Shown: one piece after another, positions 48,301-55,616 of the stretch
Position numbering within the stretch: the first letter of the stretch is position 1
Layout of the letters: every line of letters starts with the position of its first letter
NCBI GenBank assembly: GCA_030740155.1
Contig: JASLXV010000040.1
Span: 1-55,616, forward strand
Direction of reading: 5' to 3'
Source: Dehalococcoidia bacterium
GTDB lineage: Bacteria; Chloroflexota; Dehalococcoidia; Lucifugimonadales; UBA3495
DNA length: 55,616 nt
Position numbers and translations under genes: made by a program
Notes under the pieces: model-generated
Told to the model about the DNA's origin: nothing
What the model saw: the letters and a program-made list of their open reading frames with translations, nothing else
The model's database searches: none

Positions 48301-48435
48301 GACCGGGCCCGGCGCGCCGCCGAAGCCTTCGTGGAGCTTTCGAGAACCAACCAGGTCCTGGTGTTCACCTGTCACCCGGAGATGATCGACCTCTTCACCG
48401 GTGTTGCTCCGGACACCCAGGTTATCGAGCTGTAG
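45301..48435 (+). CDS. SMC-like AAA ATPase (YhaN/SbcE-like) with a central two-TM hairpin
   Basis: GVNEAGKST, long coiled coils, LSRGTREQLYLALR, DEVLVNFD and FTCH. GTGA overlap with the upstream gene. Confidence 0.9.
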   Translation: MRVEDLHIEGFGPFAAKQVGPFTGSIVVIHGVNEAGKSTLLAFIRMVLFGFPRLPDRHYPPLAGGQHGGRLTLVDSSGRRFIVERFRGTHGGPVSIKTGDGAPADEANLRRLLSDTSSDVFKNVFAFSLDELQEDKSLQNADVDNQIYSAGMGAARLPGALNAIRNKKNEIFRRQGRRNAIAGLIAELEVVGSRLDEAQGNAAKYGSLVARLSEIGQEIESGGSDRAKLQQQSGEVARLQEGWDDWVALIEVDDQLNELPSFDGFPENAVGRLEAAQERAGNGKRDLEEDAEKLKLAEKSAEESIADESLLEHRENVERIRRGRASFDASVRDLPDRKGELQSLEAALGERLRDLGPDWVEERLDSFDTSIGTRDHIEVSRQTLAGSHADLRERTSRLEQFQGLLKEHREVELRARNAVEEKEGPSLDAAAVEQKRTALRATRTRLDEYARQRQRHTDFRGQLESSAGPAEVGRQSSGLQRMGLPLLLALAAVVLMAAGAFLGQEALIISGFAGFVLLGVIGYILIRGERTPSGAGGPVNQALAGLVRDAEIAETKAEAELQEAAAPLGLILPDAVALDVVEGELDSVSEALRAWEALRQRLADATQAVRQQQGRADDAAQARESAREALEAVQGEWRTWLVDRGLAETLTPETMVEFRGSVETARFALGEVRTMRSRIKAIEKDIDEYKELIVPLAGTFGIPIGGTPIETGVSRELASAADALIARYVAVGDSVNRRDVAREEAENVGQRVRRLEKRLEEYQEVVVKLLGAGGTDDPEEFRRRAAQHDERRDLERKRGGYQTNLQRLTGPGEQFERFKEELAQASPQALEETSRELAEQIEANEEIGDTLLREQGEKRTLLGQLTSEAESSALRVKRNALMEELREQAREWTKLTIAEDLLLRTRTKFEEERQPGVILHAQKFFGAITGQRYPRLYAPIGEQTVTVIDENGVSKQPSELSRGTREQLYLALRFGLIREFGERNECLPVVVDEVLVNFDPDRARRAAEAFVELSRTNQVLVFTCHPEMIDLFTGVAPDTQVIEL

Positions 48436-48457
48436 CCCGCCCGGTACCTGGCCCAGG

Positions 48458-48610
48458 GTCTCGCAAATAGGTTGATCCCAGGTCCGTCATCCCGGCGAAG
48501 GCCGGGATCCAGCCAGCCCCGCTCTGGATTCCGGCCTTCGCCGGAAAGACGGGTGTAGGGGCGGTCTGTCACACAGTTTCGCCCATGTGAGGCTATTTGC
48601 AGGACGGTAC
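48458..48610 (+). mobile_element. MITE-like element, copy 2
   Basis: Imperfect TIRs GTCTCGCAAATAG / CTATTTGCAGGAC and an internal palindrome; aligns with 2555..2707. Confidence 0.65.
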
Positions 48611-48702
48611 GCTAGCGATCAGTCAGCTTCGCCAGGATGACGGGCGGGAGGCTAGAATGCCGCGCAGTTTCGCCCATGGGAAGCTACTTGCAAGACAGTG
48701 CG

Positions 48703-49008
48703 TTAGTTCTCGCTGCCGTCTTCGGTGAACCCGTCATCGCTGAACACGCCCGTTTCCCGGCCTTGGAACACGTGCACCACGAACCCTTCGCGGTCGATGC
48801 CCACGGCGTCCACCATGTCCTCGTCCACCGTGTCGATTATCTCCTGAATGGCGTCTTGAGTCAGGCTCTCGTCCACCGCGACGGAAAGGTGGACCACTCC
48901 GTTTGCGAAATGGATATCCACCCGCCCCACGGGGCGGTCGTCCTCACGGATGGTATAAGCCTCGGAATAAGGGGTCCGGACCTCGCGCTCGAAGCTAAAG
49001 TCCCCCAC
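48703..49008 (-). CDS. Small acidic hypothetical protein
   Basis: 101-aa ORF with GGAGG RBS, directly downstream of proA. Confidence 0.75.
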   Translation of the reverse strand: MGDFSFEREVRTPYSEAYTIREDDRPVGRVDIHFANGVVHLSVAVDESLTQDAIQEIIDTVDEDMVDAVGIDREGFVVHVFQGRETGVFSDDGFTEDGSEN

Positions 49009-49023
49009 AGCCCACCTCCCGGT

Positions 49024-50322
49024 CTAGTATCTGACCTGGCCGTTGCCCAGGATTACCCACTTGTATGAGGTGAGTTCCCGAAGGCCCATGGGTCCTCTGG
49101 CGTGTAACTTTTGAGTACTGATGCCCACCTCGGCGCCCAGTCCGAACTGCGCGCCGTCGGTGAACCTGGTGCTCGCGTTGACGAACACCGCCGCGGCGTC
49201 CACCTCTTCGAGGAACCGCATCGCCGCCGAATAATCTTCGGTAATGATGGCCTCCGAATGGCCGGAGCCGTAGGTTTCGATATGTTGCAGAGCCTCTTCC
49301 AGAGAGTCTACCACCTTGACGGCCGCGGTCAACGACAGGAACTCCTGTCCCCAGTCGTCTTCGACGGCGGGCAGCACCTTGCCCATCGGCAATTCTCCCT
49401 CACCGAGGGGGCTCGGCCCCAGGATGCTCAGGGCCCGGTGGTCGCAGTGCAGCTCCACCCCGGCCGCCGCCAGCTCCCGGGCGATGCGGGGCAGACACCG
49501 GGGCGCAACGTCGGAGTGGACCAGCACCGTGTCCAGGGCGTTGCACACTGTGGGGCGCTGGACCTTGGCGTTGAAGATTATATCCGCCGCCATCCCCACG
49601 TCTGCACCCCGATCCACGTAGGTATGGCACACGCCGATGCCCCCGGTGACGGCGGGCATGGCGGCGTTGTTCGCCACGAAACGGACCAACTCCGCGCCGC
49701 CCCGGGGCACCAACAGGTCGATATGCTCTTTCATTCGCAGCATGGCGTCCACCAGGGCCCGGTCCGGGTTGTCGATGAATTGGACGGCCTCCGGCGGCAC
49801 CCCAGCCTCGGCGATGGCCTCGCGCACCAGTTTGACCAGGGCGGTGTTGGAGTGGAGGCTCTCCTTGCCGCCCCGCAGCAGGCAGGCGTTGCCCGATTTG
49901 AGGCACAGGACGGCGATGTCGATGGTGACGTTGGGACGGCTCTCGTAGATGCTGCCCACCACGCCCAGGGGGACTCGGCGTTTGCCCACCCGCAGGCCGT
50001 TGGGCAAGGTGGTCATGTCCATGGTCTCGCCTATTGGGTCGGGCAAGGCCGCCACGGCGCGCACGTCACGGGCGATGTCCTGGAGCCGCTCCGGAGTCAG
50101 GAGCAGCCGGTCCAGCATCGCCTCGTCGAGGCCGTTACTTCGGGCAGCCTCGTGGTCCCGCCGGTTGGCCGCCAGAACGGGAGACTGGCCGGTTTCAAGC
50201 GCCTCCGCGATGTTGAGCAGCGCCCGGTCCTTGATCCGCGTGGACAGACGGGCCACCTGCCGGCTGGCCGCCCGGGCCGCCCGGCCCTTCGCCACAAGCG
50301 CGTCAACGGTCTCGATGGTCAT
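49024..50322 (-). CDS. proA: Gamma-glutamyl phosphate reductase
   Basis: IYESRPNVT, LRGGKE, CNALDT, NASTRFTDG and ISTQKLHARGP. Confidence 0.97.
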   Translation of the reverse strand: MTIETVDALVAKGRAARAASRQVARLSTRIKDRALLNIAEALETGQSPVLAANRRDHEAARSNGLDEAMLDRLLLTPERLQDIARDVRAVAALPDPIGETMDMTTLPNGLRVGKRRVPLGVVGSIYESRPNVTIDIAVLCLKSGNACLLRGGKESLHSNTALVKLVREAIAEAGVPPEAVQFIDNPDRALVDAMLRMKEHIDLLVPRGGAELVRFVANNAAMPAVTGGIGVCHTYVDRGADVGMAADIIFNAKVQRPTVCNALDTVLVHSDVAPRCLPRIARELAAAGVELHCDHRALSILGPSPLGEGELPMGKVLPAVEDDWGQEFLSLTAAVKVVDSLEEALQHIETYGSGHSEAIITEDYSAAMRFLEEVDAAAVFVNASTRFTDGAQFGLGAEVGISTQKLHARGPMGLRELTSYKWVILGNGQVRY

Positions 50323-50696
50323 GGTTTCTCCGCCGTGAATCCCAGCAGGTTGAAGACAACGGGCACCAGGGTGTGGTTGACTGGGTCAACGCCCAGGCCG
50401 AACTCCTCTAGGGCGGTCGCCCCTAACAAGGCTTCAGTCCCGGCATCGCCAAAAACGCAAGATACAATAGCAGTTTCCTGGCCGATACGCACCGGCGCCT
50501 GGCACAAGCCCATTTGCACGACACTGCCATCCGCTAGCCGGAAAGGGCGGTGATGCGTAGGCGAGTGTCCTAACTGTTCCATCACGGGCCGAGGCACCAA
50601 CGTATAGCTGGCGCCCGTATCGACCCGGGCACCCACACTCTCGAAGTGCTGCCCGGCCGCGTCGCCGATCTCTATCGAGTAACGAAAGGTGGTCAT
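50319..50696 (-). CDS. Single-domain clan AA (retropepsin-like) aspartic protease
   Basis: VDTGA, LADG and LLGATALE..GL.VDP. Confidence 0.88.
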   Translation of the reverse strand: MTTFRYSIEIGDAAGQHFESVGARVDTGASYTLVPRPVMEQLGHSPTHHRPFRLADGSVVQMGLCQAPVRIGQETAIVSCVFGDAGTEALLGATALEEFGLGVDPVNHTLVPVVFNLLGFTAEKP

Positions 50697-50860
50697 CCTG
50701 CTACCCTCTTGGGTTTATGACTCTGTTGCCCGCTTCTTCTGACCTGGTTTGTCCTCGCAACCATCGGTGGCGGCATCCGGAACTTGCAGCAATGAGTTGG
50801 GCCATGCGCGCCCAAGCTCACCTTAGCCAGGCCCAAACGCCCTGTCCGGGCCGACGCGCC

Positions 50861-52039
50861 TCATAGCAGCACCAGGTTGTTGCGGTGCACCACTTCCTCG
50901 CCGTAGTGGTAGCCGAGGATGCCCTGGATGTGGTCGGAGCGGACCCCTCGAATTCGTCTTACATCCTCTGACTTGTAATTGGCGATGCCGCAGGCGACGC
51001 GGCGGCCCCCTTGCTCCAGAACATAAACGATGTCGCCACGGCGGAAATCCCCGTTTGCGCCCGTGATTCCGGCGGGCAGGAGGCTCCCATTGCTCTCCAC
51101 GAGGGCCCGAACCGCCCCGGCGTCAACCACAATGTCGCCCCGGAGGGAGATCTCGCCTAGCATCCACCTCTTGCGGGCCTCCAGCTTCTCGGCGCCGGGC
51201 CGAAAGAGGGTGCCGATGGCCTCTCCCCGTGCCGCCCTTTTCACGGCGTCTTCAGCCAAACCGTGGCACATGACCATGGTAATGCCGGAGGTGGTCACCA
51301 GCCGGGCTGCATCCAGTTTGGTGGCCATGCCGCCTCGAGCCCAAGGGTTGCGGTCCCTGCCGGCCAGGGCCTCCACCGCGGCGTCGACCTGGTCCACCAC
51401 GGGAATCAGGCGTGCCTCGGAGTCCGTGTGGGGGTCGGCGGTATAGAGCCCATCGGTATCGGTCAGTATCACCAGCAGGTCGGCGTCCACCAGGTTGGCC
51501 ACCAGGGCAGAAAGGCGATCGTTGTCTCCGAACACCTCCCCGATCTCGTCCACCGCCACCACGTCGTTCTCGTTGAGAATGGGCACCACCCCCAGGTCGA
51601 GCAAACCCCGGAGGGTATTACGAACGTTCAAGTAGGACTGGCGGTCCGAAAGGTCGTCGACGGTGAGCAGCGTCTGGGCTACCTGGGACCCGTGGGAGGC
51701 GAACATTTCCTGGTAGGTGTGCATCAGCCGGCTCTGGCCCACGGCGGCCAGGACTTGCCGGGTTGGGATGTCCCGATCCCCGTTGTCCTGGTCAGGTTCC
51801 AACAACTCCCGGCCCGCGGCGATGGCGCCGGAGGTCACCAACAGCACCTCCGCGTTCAACCCCTTCAGCTGGGAGATCTGTCGCGCCAGGTCGCCCATTA
51901 CCTTCAGGTCAAGGCATCGATGCTCCGGGGCCTCGGTCAGCACGCTGGTACCGGCTTTGACCACGATTCTCCGGTGGCGCAGGCCTTCCGACGCGGTAGA
52001 GTCCATAGACGAATCAGTGAGCTGACCGGTGCTGGGCAT
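50861..52039 (-). CDS. proB: Glutamate 5-kinase
   Basis: VVKAGTS, VTSGAI, NEND, GDNDRLSA, GGMATK and a PUA domain. Confidence 0.97.
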   Translation of the reverse strand: MPSTGQLTDSSMDSTASEGLRHRRIVVKAGTSVLTEAPEHRCLDLKVMGDLARQISQLKGLNAEVLLVTSGAIAAGRELLEPDQDNGDRDIPTRQVLAAVGQSRLMHTYQEMFASHGSQVAQTLLTVDDLSDRQSYLNVRNTLRGLLDLGVVPILNENDVVAVDEIGEVFGDNDRLSALVANLVDADLLVILTDTDGLYTADPHTDSEARLIPVVDQVDAAVEALAGRDRNPWARGGMATKLDAARLVTTSGITMVMCHGLAEDAVKRAARGEAIGTLFRPGAEKLEARKRWMLGEISLRGDIVVDAGAVRALVESNGSLLPAGITGANGDFRRGDIVYVLEQGGRRVACGIANYKSEDVRRIRGVRSDHIQGILGYHYGEEVVHRNNLVLL

Positions 52040-52289
52040 TGGGGCGAGTCCTTATCGTGGATAGCCAGAGGCGGTGGAGGAGGTTCGGAACTCCTCGTCA
52101 GTCGTTTATTATAACATGGCACTTTTGCCGGGCCACCGGCTTCTTGTGCGGGCGGCCCGAATTCAATAGAATGGTTTGATCGGGGCTGGCACTTTGGGTC
52201 AGCCCCTTCTGGACGTTTTGCGGGGCTGGGAGCCCTTTCGGGGCTGTTCGAGCAGCGCCTGAGGGCTCAACCGGCCAGGACTTGAATAC

Positions 52290-55200
52290 ATGTCTTTGAA
52301 TGGTGTCCTTTCCGTAATCAGCGGTCACCCGGAGTACCTGCGCCATATGGCGACGGCCCCCACTCCGGAGGCGCCGCCCCGCGTCGCGGTGCGCCAGGGA
52401 GCGCGTCCGGGGTATATCGCGGCCCTGTGGCGTCACCAGCCGGGACCGTTACTGGTCATCACCCCTCGCTCGGAGGATGCCCGGCGGCTCCACGACCAGC
52501 TCCTCACCTACTTGGGAGAGGGCGAGCAGGTTTACCTGCTTCCGGAGCCGGAGGTGCTTCCCTTCGAACGGCTCTCCGTGGATGCCAACACCAGCAACCA
52601 GCGGCTGGCCGCTCTGGCAGCCCTGGCTTCGTCATCGGCAAACCGCGACAGTGAGGACTCCTCACACCCGCTGGTCGTCGCCTCCGTGGGCGCCGTGCTG
52701 ATCAAAACATTGCCCTTCGAGGTCATGGTTGGCCCCGGCGCCGGGGGCGGAGAGAGCGGTCTCTGGCGGGTCGGCGTGGGCGAGAAGGTGCGGCTCAACC
52801 AGCTCTTGGCCCACTGGGTGGACCTGGGCTACCGCAACGAGCCGGTAGTGGAAGCGCCCGGCTGCTTCAGCCATCGGGGCGGCATCATCGACGTCTATCC
52901 GGCCCATGCCGACCTGCCCTATCGCATCGAACTCTGGGACGACGAAATCGACACTATCCGGCAATTCGATCCCTACAGCCAGCGCTCGGTTCGCGGCGTG
53001 GAGGAGGTGCGCCTCATCCCCGCCAGGGAGCAACTACCGAACCTGACCAGCCCGGTGCGGGTTCGAGAGCTTGTCTCGGGGATCGACTTCACCCGCTGCA
53101 ATAAGGACATCCAGGAACGGATGGAAGAGGAGATCGCGGCCCTGTTCACCGGGCCGAACATCGAGACCATCTCCTTCTACAACGGCCTGCTGAATTCGGC
53201 TAACCTGCTCGAATACCTGCCGAAGCATGGGCGGATAGTCCTGGAGCGGGCCAGCCAGATCGAAGCCGAAGCCCTGGAGCTACAGGAGCGGTTCGACCGG
53301 ATGCGGTCCAACCGGGAGGATCGCGGCGAGCTTCCCGCCGGCTTTCCGACCCCATACCTGCCCTGGCCGGAGTTCACCGCGGAGCTGGAGCAGCGTCCCC
53401 GGTTGCTGCTCCAGACCTGGGTCAATGACGAGGACGACCGCATCTTCCAGCCGGTGGCCCCCTACTACGGGCGGTTGGAGGAACTGGCCGGCGATGTCCT
53501 GCGTCACCAACAGGAAGGCCGGGCCGTGGTGGCGGTGACGCAGCACGCCCGCCGCCTGGCCGAAATTCTGGAGCAGGCCGGCGCCGGGGTTACCCTATCC
53601 ACGACGCTAGAAGAACCGCCCCAACCCGGCCGCGTCTACCTGGTGTCCGGGTCGCTGCGGGAAGGCTGGACCATCGACGCCCCAACATCCGGCGCTGCCA
53701 GGGACAACGGCGATGGTCCCCATTCAGAAAGTGGGTTGGAAAACCGGGAAGGTGCGCCCTGCTCCCTCACTTTGTTGACCGACGCCGAGCTGTTCGGCAC
53801 GGTCAAAGAGCGGCGCTACCGCCGGGTCCAGAGGGCGGAGCACGGCCCGGCGGTGGTCCTCTCCGACCTGGTCCCCGGCAGCTACGTGGTCCATATCGAC
53901 CACGGCGTGGCCCGTTTCGCCGGGACCACCAAGATCGGAGAGGACGGCGAGGAAAAGGAATACCTGGTCCTGGAATACGCCGAGCAGGACAAGCTCTACG
54001 TGCCCACCGACAACCTGGACCGGGTAAGCGCCTACGTTGGGGCCATGGACCGCCCGCCCAACCTGACCCGCCTCAGCGCCGCCGATTGGGCCAGGGTCAA
54101 GGAACGGGTCAAAAGGGCCACCAGAGAGATGGCCATGGAGCTGCTGCAGCTCCACGCCTCTCGCCAGGCCGCCCAGGGCCACGAATTCGGCCCGGACACG
54201 GTCTGGCAGCAGGAGCTGGAAGACTCGTTTCCCTTCGAGGAAACCCCCGACCAGGCCAACGCCATCAACGAAGTGAAAGCGGATATGGAGCGGACCAAGC
54301 CCATGGACCGGCTGATCTGCGGAGACGTCGGTTACGGCAAGACCGAGGTCGCGCTGCGGGCCGCCTTCAAGACGGTGAACGACGGTATGCAGGTCGGGCT
54401 CCTGGTCCCTACCACCGTGCTGGCCCAACAGCACTACGCCACCTTCAGCGAGCGCCTGAGCCCCTTTCCGGTGCGGGTCGAGGTCCTCAGCCGGTTCCGC
54501 ACCCGCAAGGAGCAGCAAGAGGTTATCCAAGGGCTGAAAGACGGCACGGTCGACATCGTAGTCGGCACCCACCGCCTGCTGCAGAAGGACATCCATTTCA
54601 AGAATCTGGGCCTGGCGGTGGTCGATGAAGAGCACCGGTTCGGGGTCTCCCATAAGGAGCGGCTGAAGAGGCTCCGGCGGGAGGTGGATGTCCTGACCCT
54701 GAGCGCCACTCCAATTCCCCGCACCCTGAACCAGGCCCTCTCCGGCATCCGGGACCTGAGCACCATGGACACTCCCCCTGAGGCGCGCCTGCCGGTGAAG
54801 ACCTTTGTCTCCGAGTACAGCGAGGAGGTCATCAAGGAGGCCATCCTCCGGGAGCTGGAACGCAACGGCCAGGTCTTCTTCCTGCACAACCGGGTCAGGA
54901 CCATCCAGCAGAAGGCGGCTGAGATTCTTGAGCTGGCGCCCCAGGCCCGTATCCTGGTTGCTCACGGCCAGATGGTCGAGGGGGACCTGGAAGACGTGAT
55001 GATGGCTTTTTCCAGAGGCGAGGCCGACGTGCTGATGTGCACGACCATCATCGAGTCCGGACTGGACATGCCCAACGTGAACACGTTGATCGTGGACCGG
55101 GCCGACCGGTTCGGCCTCTCCCAGCTGTACCAACTCCGGGGAAGAGTGGGCCGGGGCGACCACCGGGCTTACGCTTACCTGCTGATCCCCCGGGGGCGGC

Positions 55201-55616
55201 GAATTACCGAGGCGGCGGAACGGAGGGTCCAGGCCATCCTGGAAGCGTCCGATCTGGGCTCCGGCTTCCGCATAGCCATGCGTGACCTGGAGATACGCGG
55301 CGCGGGCAACCTGCTGGGCGCGGCGCAGAGCGGCCACATCCAGGAGGTCGGGCTGGACCTCTACAGCCAGCTGCTCCAGGAGGCGGTCAGGGAGCTGACT
55401 GAGGAGCAGGGAGAAGGGGCCTTAGCCCCCAAACCGGCGGCCGTCGAGCTGCCCCGGGTGGACCTGCCCGTTCAGGCCCGTATTCCGGAGAGCTACATCT
55501 CGCACCTGCCTACGCGTCTGGCCACCTACCAGCGGCTGGCCCGTACCACCGAGCGGCGGGATCTCCCCCAGCTTCGGGACGAGCTGCGGGACCGGTTCGG
55601 GCCCCTGCCCCAGGAG
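52290..55616 (+). CDS. mfd: Transcription-repair coupling factor (runs off the window end)
   Basis: Reading frame from ATG 52290 with VVHIDHGV, CGDVGYGKTEVA, DEEHRFG, SATPIPRT, QLRGRVGR and DLEIRGAGNLLG. Confidence 0.96.
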   Translation, partial: MSLNGVLSVISGHPEYLRHMATAPTPEAPPRVAVRQGARPGYIAALWRHQPGPLLVITPRSEDARRLHDQLLTYLGEGEQVYLLPEPEVLPFERLSVDANTSNQRLAALAALASSSANRDSEDSSHPLVVASVGAVLIKTLPFEVMVGPGAGGGESGLWRVGVGEKVRLNQLLAHWVDLGYRNEPVVEAPGCFSHRGGIIDVYPAHADLPYRIELWDDEIDTIRQFDPYSQRSVRGVEEVRLIPAREQLPNLTSPVRVRELVSGIDFTRCNKDIQERMEEEIAALFTGPNIETISFYNGLLNSANLLEYLPKHGRIVLERASQIEAEALELQERFDRMRSNREDRGELPAGFPTPYLPWPEFTAELEQRPRLLLQTWVNDEDDRIFQPVAPYYGRLEELAGDVLRHQQEGRAVVAVTQHARRLAEILEQAGAGVTLSTTLEEPPQPGRVYLVSGSLREGWTIDAPTSGAARDNGDGPHSESGLENREGAPCSLTLLTDAELFGTVKERRYRRVQRAEHGPAVVLSDLVPGSYVVHIDHGVARFAGTTKIGEDGEEKEYLVLEYAEQDKLYVPTDNLDRVSAYVGAMDRPPNLTRLSAADWARVKERVKRATREMAMELLQLHASRQAAQGHEFGPDTVWQQELEDSFPFEETPDQANAINEVKADMERTKPMDRLICGDVGYGKTEVALRAAFKTVNDGMQVGLLVPTTVLAQQHYATFSERLSPFPVRVEVLSRFRTRKEQQEVIQGLKDGTVDIVVGTHRLLQKDIHFKNLGLAVVDEEHRFGVSHKERLKRLRREVDVLTLSATPIPRTLNQALSGIRDLSTMDTPPEARLPVKTFVSEYSEEVIKEAILRELERNGQVFFLHNRVRTIQQKAAEILELAPQARILVAHGQMVEGDLEDVMMAFSRGEADVLMCTTIIESGLDMPNVNTLIVDRADRFGLSQLYQLRGRVGRGDHRAYAYLLIPRGRRITEAAERRVQAILEASDLGSGFRIAMRDLEIRGAGNLLGAAQSGHIQEVGLDLYSQLLQEAVRELTEEQGEGALAPKPAAVELPRVDLPVQARIPESYISHLPTRLATYQRLARTTERRDLPQLRDELRDRFGPLPQE

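Noticed and set aside
48574..48706. Possible mini CRISPR array
   Set aside because: Only two imperfect copies, which match a MITE end; no cas genes.

Overview
This is a GC-rich bacterial chromosomal window. Gene content and repeat families suggest Chloroflexota/Dehalococcoidia (SAR202-like); that is inference, not proven. It is mostly housekeeping: argD/argB/argJ, proB/proA, a TPP-riboswitch-led HMP/thiamine salvage cluster (ThiXYZ-like ABC transporter, TenA, thiD), ileS and ffh. It also holds many DNA-repair genes (pcrA, mutM, sbcC, alkA, mug, an Mre11/YhaO plus SMC-like YhaN pair, and partial mfd). The best hidden feature is a peroxiredoxin-like gene (43367..43927) that the ORF track breaks up. 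It has two in-frame TGA codons exactly at the CxxC position (U-L-P-U) followed by a SECIS-like hairpin, so it is a probable double-selenocysteine SelL-type protein. Other points: a ~100-nt structured non-coding motif present twice upstream of unrelated genes, a TIR-bounded MITE-like element, palindromic repeats inside coding frames (ileS, possibly mutM and proA), a nonsense-interrupted RelE toxin, a 5'-truncated macrodomain gene beside a decayed AT-richer island, a remnant paralogue of a PPOX gene, and a non-canonical GIHH motif in IleRS. No CRISPR array, rRNA, tRNA or transposase was found.
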